From assembly GCA_000092065.1 (NCBI GenBank), contig CP000587.1: a stretch of 64,000 nucleotides of DNA; one strand, 5' to 3'. Source of the stretch: Ostreococcus lucimarinus. Its lineage: Eukaryota. Made by a program: the position numbers and the translations under genes. This document shows positions 52,403-61,930 of the stretch, in pieces. The notes below the pieces were generated by a model that was not told where the DNA came from, searched no databases, and saw only the letters and a list, made by a program, of their open reading frames with translations. Every line of letters starts with the position of its first letter. Position 1 is the stretch's first letter.

Positions 52403-52414
52403 TCATAATCCTCA

Positions 52415-54526
52415 CTAGTAAATTGAGGGATGGGAGCTCGAGGAAGATACCGGCGGAGGACGGCCTTTCCAATTCTCAGAGAGTCGCTTGCCCGAGGTCA
52501 ACATCGATCCAGACGACGTCCTGGACAGAGGTGTATCACCCGATCCGTCGTGTGACATTCTCGAGCTTACGTTGAACTGTGATCTCTTTGAAAGCGATGG
52601 TTGACGCATCATGCTTTGCGGTAAAACCACAGGCGACCCACGTTCGCCGATGAACGACGCCACCGTGCCGTCGAACACTCGATTCACAGCTTCGTCCGTG
52701 ACGCAGAAAGACTTGATTCGCTCCATTTGCAACGTTTCGACCTTTGACAAAAGATCGGTGTGACGGAATAACATGATGTCAAACAACGCGCTCTCTTCGG
52801 ATCCGCGCTGGATACCGAGTTCAGCGAGCGTCGCGTCGCGCTCAAATTTCAGAGTGGAGCGTACGCCTTGCAATTCGTCGGCGACAGTCACGAGCCCGGC
52901 GCTCAAGCACGCGCTGATGAGCTCATCCAAGCTAATCATTCCACGATCGTGTGCCAACCCCATGAAACTTCTTGGCGCGGTTTCGTTTAAGAATTCAGAA
53001 AGCGAGCGAGAAGAATCCGAATTCGCCGTCAGATCCTCGTAACCGGGCGACATGGCGGTGTCATCGATACCGGGCGATCCCTCGGGAGAGTTCTGTGCGG
53101 ACTTGAGTAAGACCGCGCGATCATACTCTGTCTCGTCTACGTCCGCGGGAATGTTAAATCGTTCGAACGCGTCGGCGAGCTTGTTGAAAGATTCGCGCCT
53201 TTCTCTAGAACCGTCGGTAAAACTCCCTTCCTGGTGAGCCTCTCGCGCGTGCAACTCTCGGTACAACTTGTCGAGAACATCATGCGTTTGCGTCGCCTCT
53301 GCGTATCCCCTCGCGCCTCTTATCGTGGAATCTGAGCCAGACGTCGAGCCTCCAGCGTCGGAGTATCGCACCTTGTAAACCTTACCTCGCCGTACCGACA
53401 CGTCGGCGCGCATACCCAGCCATCGTCTCAGCACTTTCACATCCTGCGGTCGCAGCAACTCGGCTAACAACACTGCGGTGTGCTTTTCTAAACTTGCGTG
53501 CATAGTCAGCGCCGATAGTTGCCGTCTCGCTTCCCGTAACATGTGTTTCGGGACTTGAAGTTGCTCCGCTTGCGCCGCTCGCCTGTGCGCGGCATTTTTC
53601 TTTTGCTTGAGGCACGGATGCGCCGCCGCTTGCGCGGCGTTCATGCGATTCACGGGATTCAACCTGAGAAGCGAATGGACTAAATCACGAGTCAACGCAC
53701 TGATGGATTCATCCAAACTGTCGTACTCCGCACGAAGGACTTGAAATACCCCCTCGACTGAGTTCTGAAACGGCATCTTCCCCGAGCTCAACCAGTACAT
53801 AAATATCCCCACGGACCACATGTCCGACGCTTGCGAGTACTCACCACGCTCTTCGACTTCGGGCGCCTGAAACGAAGCCGCTCCCATGGGCGATGCCGAT
53901 GGTAAGCGCATTCCGGTTTCCGGACGAAGCTTTCGCACTCGGCCGAAATCAATGATTTTCAGCGTCACGTTTGCCGTCGCGTCGTCTGGCGCGTGTCGCA
54001 CCATGACGTTTTCCAGCGCCAAGTCTCGAAATACGTAGTCTTTCGCGTGCACGTACGCCACCGCGTTCGCGAGCTGTCTCATCAGATCCAACCGCACCTC
54101 GTGTTTCTTGTCTTCATTCGCGTCTTCGTAATCATTCAGCATCGTCAAATACTCCAACAACGACGTCCCGTCGACGAGCTCCATCACCAAGTGCACCTCT
54201 GCCGACGTTTGATACGCGCCGACGAACGCGACGACGTTCGGATGCGACATCGCGCTCAACGCCTCCACCTCCGCGTACGCCGCGATGCGATGCTCGTCCT
54301 CTCCGAACGCTCCCACGTGCGTTTCCTTCATCGCGCGTCGCGTCCCGTCGCTCGCCTCGACCTCGAACACCGTCCCCTGCTTCCCTCCCCCGATTTTCCT
54401 CCGCGCGACGTAATTCGCGTCCCATCGCTCGTCGATCCGCACCGCGCTCGGCGCCGACGTCGACGCTCGCGCGTCGCCCGCCTCCGCCGTCCCTCGCGCG
54501 CCCGTCGTCGACGCCGCGCACCCCAT
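52415..54526 (-). CDS. N-myristoylated Ser/Thr protein kinase (CAMK-like) with a long C-terminal non-catalytic region
   Basis: The N-terminus MGCAAS is a consensus N-myristoylation site. Kinase subdomains are present (VAIK-like RAMKE, HRDLALENVM, DFG as IIDFGRV, APE as APEVEE). The start is at the ATG at 54526. The upstream ORF extension is low-complexity. Confidence 0.8.
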   Translation of the reverse strand: MGCAASTTGARGTAEAGDARASTSAPSAVRIDERWDANYVARRKIGGGKQGTVFEVEASDGTRRAMKETHVGAFGEDEHRIAAYAEVEALSAMSHPNVVAFVGAYQTSAEVHLVMELVDGTSLLEYLTMLNDYEDANEDKKHEVRLDLMRQLANAVAYVHAKDYVFRDLALENVMVRHAPDDATANVTLKIIDFGRVRKLRPETGMRLPSASPMGAASFQAPEVEERGEYSQASDMWSVGIFMYWLSSGKMPFQNSVEGVFQVLRAEYDSLDESISALTRDLVHSLLRLNPVNRMNAAQAAAHPCLKQKKNAAHRRAAQAEQLQVPKHMLREARRQLSALTMHASLEKHTAVLLAELLRPQDVKVLRRWLGMRADVSVRRGKVYKVRYSDAGGSTSGSDSTIRGARGYAEATQTHDVLDKLYRELHAREAHQEGSFTDGSRERRESFNKLADAFERFNIPADVDETEYDRAVLLKSAQNSPEGSPGIDDTAMSPGYEDLTANSDSSRSLSEFLNETAPRSFMGLAHDRGMISLDELISACLSAGLVTVADELQGVRSTLKFERDATLAELGIQRGSEESALFDIMLFRHTDLLSKVETLQMERIKSFCVTDEAVNRVFDGTVASFIGERGSPVVLPQSMMRQPSLSKRSQFNVSSRMSHDGSGDTPLSRTSSGSMLTSGKRLSENWKGRPPPVSSSSSHPSIY

Positions 54527-55041
54527 CTCCGCGCCGTTCGATGGATTCGCGCGTCGGTCGCTTCGCGCCTCGGTCGCTTCGCGCGCGCGTCCCGTCGCGC
54601 GTCGTCGCGCGCCCTCGCGCGTCGTCGCGCGTCGTCGCGCGCCCTCGCGCGTCGTCGCGCGTCGTCGCGCGCCGTTCGCCGCCGCCCGCGCGCGCGTCCC
54701 CGACCGCGCGCCGCGCGCTGACGCCTCGCGACGCTTCGGCATCGCGCGACGCTTCGCTTCGCGCGAATCTCGCGCGGGCGTGGGTTCGGGCATGCGGCGC
54801 GCGTGGGTTCGGACATTCGGCGTTTATCTCTGTATGCACATACAGTCATACACCGTATACGATCACACACGCGCGCGCATCGCCTTTTCAGCGATCACAC
54901 CGCGGGATCGCGGCCGTTTGAAATCTCGCCGTTTGAAATCTCGCGCACGATGCCCGCGACGACGGATGCGCGCGCGCCGGCGACGGCGGCACACGCCGAC
55001 GCGATCGCTCGCGACGCCGCGCGACGCGGACGCGCGGCGAA

Positions 55042-58000
55042 ATGTCCGCGCCGCGCGCGGGGGTCGCGCGCGGCGCGCGAAACGCCGTGGGCGCGCCGCG
55101 ATGGACGCGCGGACGCGACGGCGACCGGCGAAAACCTCTGGCGACGCGCGCGCGCGCGCGCGACGACGGCCGGCGACGACGCGCGACGGGGACGCGATCG
55201 GCGCTGACGCGCGGGAGCGAGGGCGTTGAGGTGGCGAAACTGCAGCAGCGGCTCGCGGACGAGGGAATCGAGGACGGGGGCGCGGTCGATGGGTGCGTGA
55301 CGGCGATGAGCCGTTTATTTGAATTCGCGGCGCGCGCGCGGGACGCGGGACGCGAGGGCGCGAACGGGGAGGGCGGACGCGCGATCGAGCGGACGAGGAT
55401 GGAGAGGAGGGCGTTTGTGGACGATGGGGGGCGTTCGATGGGGAGACGCGACGCGGGATGACTGACGAGACGACGAGACGCGCGCGCGGCGATAGGACGT
55501 TTGACGAGGCGACGGAGCTGGCGGTGAAGACTATGCAGACGCGATACGGATTGCCGGCGAACGGGCAGTGGGGGGCGCTGGAAAGAATGATGTTTGAGGA
55601 GGTTGGGATTCATACCGATACGCCGAGGTTGGAGGCGTTGGCGCCGGCGAAGATGGGGACGCTGGCGGCGCGCGTGAGCGCGAGCGGCGGCGCGAGAGAG
55701 ACGCTGGCGCCGACGCTCGGCGCGAGAGACGGGGTGATGAGCACGTTCGGTTCCGCGGTCGCCGGCGCGGCGCTCGGTTTATCCGCGGCGTTTGTGATCG
55801 GTGCGGCGGATAACGCGCGTCGAGGGGGAGGCGTGCACGATTTCGTCGAAGACGCGCGAGTCAACTTGCTCGGGTTGGCGGGACTGTTTAAACCGTCGAA
55901 TTTCAAACGCCCGACGCGCGCGACCGCGGCGTACGATGACGACGTGGGTGGCGAGCAATACGAGGACAGACGTGATACGCGACGAAACGATGGTTGGGCG
56001 GACGATGACTGGCGCGGAAACGATCCCAGGCGCGGACCGGACGGCGGCATGCCGCCGGGCGCGAGCGAGGAGTACTACGGATACGACGCCCAGTACCACA
56101 CCTCGCGCACTCGCCGCTTGATGGCGGGCGCCGTATCCGCGGTGGTGGAGAGCGAACGACCGAAGCAGCGTCAAGGAACGTCGCGGCGACCGGGTGGAGG
56201 CGGTGCCAGGGCGCAGCGCGCACTCGCGGGCATGGATTTACAGCGCAAGCAGCAAGAGTTGGTAAACTCTCCCGAGCTCGAAGTTGAAGTCGAAGTCGAA
56301 GTCGGGGCGTCTTCGCGACCGATGGCGACGATGATGCAGCGCGTGCGACAAGGCTGGGATGCGAGCTTAGATGCGGTAGGCAACGTCATTCCGGATGCTA
56401 TCCCGCTCATCGGCAACGGGAGCGATTTCACCGCGCGAGCGCAACGCGAGCGCGACTTGAACGCTCGGCTCGCCGAGGCGCGTTACTACGCCGAGCTGGA
56501 ACAGCAAAAGCGCCTTAAGGCTGAAAAGGCGTTCAAGCAAAGTCATCAAAAGTGGCTCGATGCGCAGGCGGCGACGCGCGAGGTGCGCGCCCAGGCAGCG
56601 GCCACGGCGGCAAAATTGGGCGAACTCGAGGAGCGTCTGTTTAGCGAAGACATCTTCGACGACCACCCGGTGATGAACAAGGTGACGCAGTTGGAGAATT
56701 TGCTCAAGCAAGAAGCCAGAGAAGACAAAACGGCGGAACAACTGAAGAGTGAGCTCACTCAACTCGAAATGAACACCACGAGTCGCGTGAAGGATCTCGA
56801 GGAACAGGTCGCCGAGTTGCAACTCGAGCTCGAGACGCGCCCGGATTTACCGCGAGACATCTCCGCTCGCTTGGAAGCTCTGGAAAGCGCGATGACGAGC
56901 GGCACGTCTTACGATGCGGAATCGGCCACGGCGCGCGCAACTGGCTTGCAACAAAGCATTTCAGACGTGGGGGATGCGCTCGTGGAACTTCGCGACGGCA
57001 TGCGAGACGAGATGTACAAGGTGCAGAGCGAGCTCAACAACATCCATCCGCTCATGGATCACGGCGCTGGAAGAATTGATATTCTCTTCGCTAAACTTAC
57101 CGCGTTGGAGCACTCTGTGGATGCCATCAGCGACGGTGCGGCTTCGCAAATCGGACGCTTGTCTGCACAAATCGAACGACTGGAGAAGGCCCTCGCGGCG
57201 AGCTCGGGCGTCGTCTTCGAACCGTTCCCTGAGATCGAAGATATTGCCATCGAAGATCCGGCTCCGATGGTGGAGGAATTCGTCGAGAAAGAAGACGAAG
57301 TCACCACCGACATGTTTGCCCCGGTCGAGGAAGAACTCGCGGTTGAGGAAGACGTCGCGAGCAGCGTCGACAGCGCCGCGACGGATTTCTTTAGTTTGTT
57401 CCAAGACTCGGCGCAAATCACGCAAGCTATGCCGACGGCTGAACCGCCCCTCGAAATCGCGCCGATGCAAAAGGAAATCGTCAAAGAATCCGGCGTTTTA
57501 CCGCGCATCGCGACTGGGCGCGAGATCATGATCCAAGGTTTCCACTGGGAAAGCCACAACTTGGATTGGTACAAAATTGTGCAAGACAGACTTGGCGAAA
57601 TGAATCAAGCGGGATTTACTCAAGTTTGGTTGCCGCCTCCGGCGGATTCTCTCGCACCGCAAGGCTACTTGCCGCGCAATATGTATTCGTTGAATAGTGC
57701 GTACGGCTCTGAACAGGCTTTGCGAAACCTCATCGCGAACTGCAAGGAGCACGACGTTTTGCCCGTGCTCGACGCCGTGTTGAACCATCGCTGCGCCACG
57801 CACCAGGGCGCTGGGGGCAAGTGGAACCGTTGGGAAGGAACTGGTATGGACTGGGGTGAGTGGGCCATCGATAATAGGAATCCTGACTTCGCAGGTCAGG
57901 GTAACCACCCGACGGGCGATGAGTTCTCGGGGGCGCCCAACATCGATCATACGAATGAACGCGTTCGCAGCGACTTGGCCAAGTGGTTCCAATGGTTGCG

Positions 58001-58697
58001 AAACGACATCGGCTTTGGAGGAGTGCGCTTTGACTTCTCGAAGGGTTACGGCGGACAATTCGCCGGAGAGTACATCAAGGCGATGGATCCCGAGTTCGCG
58101 GTCGGAGAATACTGGGACACGCTCGCGTACGGCGCGGGATTGGAGTACAATCAAGACGCTCATCGTCAACGGATTGTTGACTGGATTGACGCGGCAGGCG
58201 GGAACTGCACCGCGTTTGATTTCACCACAAAAGGTATCCTTCAAGAGGCGTGTGGACGCTCCGAGTTCTGGCGTCTCATCGATAGTGAAGGACGCGCTCC
58301 AGGTGTGATTGGCTTGTGGCCGGCGCGCGCCGTGACGTTCATCGACAACCACGACACCGGCTCCACGCAAGGTCACTGGCCGTTCCCGAACGACAAAGTC
58401 GCCATGGGCTATGCCTACATCCTGACTCACCCCGGCACGCCGTGCGTGATGTGGGATCACTACTTCGATTGGGGTGAAAAGTTGTCGAACAACATCAAGA
58501 CGCTGATGGAAGCGCGTCAAAGTTGCGGCATTCACAGTCGAAGCAAACTTCAAATCATCGCCGCCAACGACGGTTTATACGCCGCTATCGTCGACAACAG
58601 GATGGCAGTCAAGCTTGGCCGCGACCACTGGTCGCCCGCCGGCGACGACTGGACCCACATTTGCGGAGATAATGACTGGAGCGTGTGGCGTCGTTAG
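55042..58697 (+). CDS. AMY: Plastid-type alpha-amylase (GH13) with an N-terminal PG-binding-like domain and a long coiled-coil region; join(55042..55292,55496..58697)
   Basis: The C-terminus has plant alpha-amylase motifs (GFHWES; LDAVLNHR; GVRFDFSKGYGG; GEYWD; FIDNHDTGSTQ). Exon 1 (transit-peptide-like, ...GVEVAKLQQRLADEGIEDGGAVDG) and exon 2 (G|TFDEATELAVKTMQTRYGLPANGQWGAL) together rebuild a PG_binding_1-like motif (DGxFxxxTxxAV..GL..DG.VG). The intron at 55293..55495 is 203 nt. It starts GTGCGTG, has a GATGACTGACG branch, and ends GATAG. Confidence 0.85.
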
Positions 58698-58995
58698 CGA
58701 GCGCTCCGTCTCGACTCAAACAAGAATCGCCGTCCACCGCGGCGCTGTATTTATTGAACATTAGCCGTACGCATCAGCTTTGCGTCACCACATCTCTCGC
58801 GCTGCGAAGCGTCGAGTTTAGCTCACGAGCTGTTGTATCACACTCACACACTCTCCCAACATCCATCCCCTCGAGCGTTCGCCATCCGCCGTCGCGTCTC
58901 GCCGGCGTCGAGCCGTCAACCGAATCGAACTATCGCCACACAACCGCGCGCGCGCGTTCGAGATCGTCCCGAACGCGCATCGGAACAGAGACACG

Positions 58996-60129
58996 ATGCG
59001 CGCCATCGCTTTCGCACCGTCCGCGCGCGCGCGCGCGCCCGCGCGCGCGCGCATTCCCGCTCGACGTCGCGGCAGGGACGAAAATAGCACCGCGCCGAGA
59101 CGCGTTCAAACGACGCTCGTGACGCCGCGGACGCGCGCGCTCGAGCGCGGACGCGTCGCGCGCACCGTCGCGGATGAGTACGCGATGACATCCGAGCGCG
59201 AGGGCGCGAACGAGGGTTTCGGAACGAACGAGGAGATGTCAGACGACGTGCGCGCGTTGACGACGCTCGTCGCCGATAGCGACGGCGGCGCGGCGTTGGG
59301 GGCTGACGCGCGGAAGGACGCGGATGCGATGATAGGGAAACTCGAGAGCGTGGGTGCCGACGCGATGGTGAAGCCGAACGACGATCCGAAGATCTTCGGG
59401 TATTACGATGTGAGTTACGTATCCGTCGGAGAGAAGCAAGTGGGAAATCCCGCGGGCGGACGGTTTCGGTCGCCGTTGGGACGGTTTTTGTTCAAGACGA
59501 TCGGGCTCGAGCAAAATTTGTTCGCACCTAATAAGATTGAGAATCGCGTGGCGTTCACGTTGTTTGGGTGCTTGCCGGGGGAGGTGACACTGGAAGGAAC
59601 GTTTGCGCCGGCGGAGGGCGTCGACGACGGACGTACGGTGAAGGCTTCGTTCGGACCACCGGGAATCTCCGTCGCGGGCGGGCCGAAGTTGCGAATCGGC
59701 CCAAAGTCTAGCGTCGTACTCAGCACGACGTATTTGGACGATCACGTCCGTTTGGGGAAAGGATCGCGCGGGAGCTTGTTCGTGTTCACGAGAAAGTCTG
59801 AGGAGAAGGCGGAGCGTGATCACAGACGGTGGGGCATCGGAGGATTGGCGATCGCCATCATGCTCTTAACCGCGCTCGGTCTCGGTATTTTCGGCGTGCA
59901 CGAGCTTAGAACGACGAGTCATACGCTGTATTCGGTAACGGTCGTGCTTGCGTCGGCGATTTCTCTCGCCATGGCGTACATTTTGCGCGACGGCGGAATC
60001 GTCGCCGAGGACGCCGACCTCGACGACGACGTTGGCGAGTTGAGCGAACAGCAAAAGGCGTTCCTCTCCAGAGGACGCGGCGACGGCGAGAATAAAGGCG
60101 AAAACGTGTTCAGTTCGCAAAAGGCGTAG
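58996..60129 (+). CDS. Plastid-lipid-associated protein / fibrillin (PAP_fibrillin) with a C-terminal TM helix
   Basis: Transit-peptide-like N-terminus. The fibrillin C-terminal signature is present (TTYLDDHVRLGKGSRGSLFVF resembles TYLDE.LRISRGD.G..FVL). An extra C-terminal hydrophobic segment (GGLAIAIMLLTALGLGIFGV) follows. Confidence 0.7.
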   Translation: MRAIAFAPSARARAPARARIPARRRGRDENSTAPRRVQTTLVTPRTRALERGRVARTVADEYAMTSEREGANEGFGTNEEMSDDVRALTTLVADSDGGAALGADARKDADAMIGKLESVGADAMVKPNDDPKIFGYYDVSYVSVGEKQVGNPAGGRFRSPLGRFLFKTIGLEQNLFAPNKIENRVAFTLFGCLPGEVTLEGTFAPAEGVDDGRTVKASFGPPGISVAGGPKLRIGPKSSVVLSTTYLDDHVRLGKGSRGSLFVFTRKSEEKAERDHRRWGIGGLAIAIMLLTALGLGIFGVHELRTTSHTLYSVTVVLASAISLAMAYILRDGGIVAEDADLDDDVGELSEQQKAFLSRGRGDGENKGENVFSSQKA

Positions 60130-60202
60130 CTTCCTGGCGATCACGACAACTTTTAATTTTAAATTTAGTTTTGTCGCGCGAGCTGTGCTATTACATTCTT
60201 CA

Positions 60203-61057
60203 TCACTTCGGCTTGATAATATCAAGCGTGTCGCCATCTTCTAATCCGTACGTCTCCGGGGTCTCGTTCCCCCTGACCACGTCACCGTCACATACCACCG
60301 TGAGTTGTTCCGAACCGAGCAAACACGTCATCTCGCACCACTCCGCGCACTCGCGCCAAGCGCCGACGATTTTCGCAAACGTCCACGTCTCACCCACGCG
60401 CCGCTCAAACTTGTCACCATTCGGCAACTGAAAACTCACAGTTATCATATTTCCAGTCTCTTCATTCAAATTCCCCTCGATCACGTCTACGCCACCGTCC
60501 TTGTCGCCGTTATTCACCACCTCTCGCACGTCCTCGTCGTCCTCGTCGTCCTCGTCGTCGTCCACCGCGTGCGCCTCAACCGCTCGCGGCACGTACGCCG
60601 GCGGCGGTCGTTGCGCCAGCGCATCGCAGGCGCTTTTCAACGCTTGCACGCTCTCCAGCGTCGCATCGCTCGACCCCACGCCTCCATCGTCGCTCTTATT
60701 CTTTTTACTCCGCGGAAGCGACGCCGTCGCCTCGGCGAACCGCGCGTCCGCCGCCCTCCTCTTCGTCTCCCTCTTCTTCGCCGACGACGGCGAACCGCGC
60801 GGCGACCCGTCGGTGGCCGTGGCGATCATTTCGCTGATTTTCGCATCGAACGCGCGCGCGTCGTCGTCGTCGTCGTCGTCCGAGGACGCTTTTCCCGAAG
60901 TCAACTTGAGCGCTCCGCGCAACGGTGTCGATTTCTTCGTCCCTGGCGCGCGCGCGCCGGCGAGCGCGTCGTCGTCGTCGCTCCACGACACCTCTAAAGT
61001 CGTGTTCCTTCGCCCGAATAATCCATCGTCGTCGGAGTCGTCGTCGGATTCCGGCAT
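60203..61057 (-). CDS. Acidic protein with a C-terminal ubiquitin-like (SUMO-like/Rad60-SLD-type) domain
   Basis: D/E- and Ser-rich N-terminus. The C-terminal 80 aa (MITVSFQLPNGDKFERRVGETWTFAKIVGAWRE....VVRGNETPETYGLEDGDTLDIIKP) fit a beta-grasp UBL pattern. There is no GG terminus. Confidence 0.5.
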   Translation of the reverse strand: MPESDDDSDDDGLFGRRNTTLEVSWSDDDDALAGARAPGTKKSTPLRGALKLTSGKASSDDDDDDDARAFDAKISEMIATATDGSPRGSPSSAKKRETKRRAADARFAEATASLPRSKKNKSDDGGVGSSDATLESVQALKSACDALAQRPPPAYVPRAVEAHAVDDDEDDEDDEDVREVVNNGDKDGGVDVIEGNLNEETGNMITVSFQLPNGDKFERRVGETWTFAKIVGAWRECAEWCEMTCLLGSEQLTVVCDGDVVRGNETPETYGLEDGDTLDIIKPK

Positions 61058-61173
61058 GCCGAGGCGCGACGTGCGGCGCGAAGCGAGCGTCGACGTCGTA
61101 CGCTTACATTCATTTACAATGACTCTACTTCGACAGTTGTGACAAAACGGTTTTCGCGATCGTTACTAGCGCT

Positions 61174-61653
61174 CTACGACGTCGCCGCGCTCGCGGCGGA
61201 CGACAGAATGATCCCGACGATCATGCCGTACAGCGCCAACGCCTCGGCGAAGATCAAAATCAAAATCACCCCGACGAACAATTTCGGCTGTTGCGCGTTC
61301 GCCCTGACGCCCGCGTCGCCCACGATCCCGATGCACATCCCCGCCGACAGTCCGCTCAGGCCGCACGCCAACCCAGAGCCGAGATGCGCGTATCCCTGGA
61401 ACAGCGTGTACGACGACGCGTCGATGTTCGTGCTGATCACCACCGCGATGATCAACCCGTATATCCCGAGCACGCCCGCCATGACCACCGGGACGATGGA
61501 TTTCATCACCAACTCCGGCCGCATCACCCCCATGGACGCGATGCCGACGCCGGACTTCGCCGTGCCGTACGCCGCGCCCATGCAACTGAACACGAGCGCG
61601 CTCGTCGCGCCCATGAACCCAAAGAACGGCGCGACTTCATCGCTCGTCGACAT
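61174..61653 (-). CDS. VHA-c: V-type H+-ATPase 16-kDa proteolipid subunit c
   Basis: [74 protein letters not shown]...[15 protein letters not shown] is a near-canonical V-ATPase c subunit (four TM helices with the conserved Glu). Start is at the ATG at 61653. Confidence 0.93.
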   Translation of the reverse strand: MSTSDEVAPFFGFMGATSALVFSCMGAAYGTAKSGVGIASMGVMRPELVMKSIVPVVMAGVLGIYGLIIAVVISTNIDASSYTLFQGYAHLGSGLACGLSGLSAGMCIGIVGDAGVRANAQQPKLFVGVILILIFAEALALYGMIVGIILSSAASAATS

Positions 61654-61817
61654 CGCGCGTCGGATGTCGCGTCCCGCCGTTCGCCGCTCGCCCGGTCGTC
61701 GCGTTCGCGCCGTTCGTTCGCGCCGTTCGCCGCGCGTCGAGGTGCGCCGTCGCGCCGTCGCGCCGATCGCCGATCTCGAGATCTTCGCGTCGATCGAGGG
61801 CGTCCACGATGGTACAT

Positions 61818-61844
61818 CTAGGGTTGTGCGACGCACAACCCTAG
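61818..61844. promoter_or_regulatory. Perfect 27-nt palindrome CTAGGGTTGTGCG-a-CGCACAACCCTAG in the divergent promoter region
   Basis: A 13-bp inverted repeat with a 1-nt spacer. It lies 165 bp upstream of the V-ATPase c ATG (minus strand) and 87 bp upstream of the 61931 ATG (plus strand). Confidence 0.6.
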
Positions 61845-61930
61845 ACATCGCCGATTTTTCGCCCGCGCGCGTCCGACGGTTGGCGCGATGGACGCCATCG
61901 CGTCGCGCGTCGCGTCGACGCGCGCGCGCG

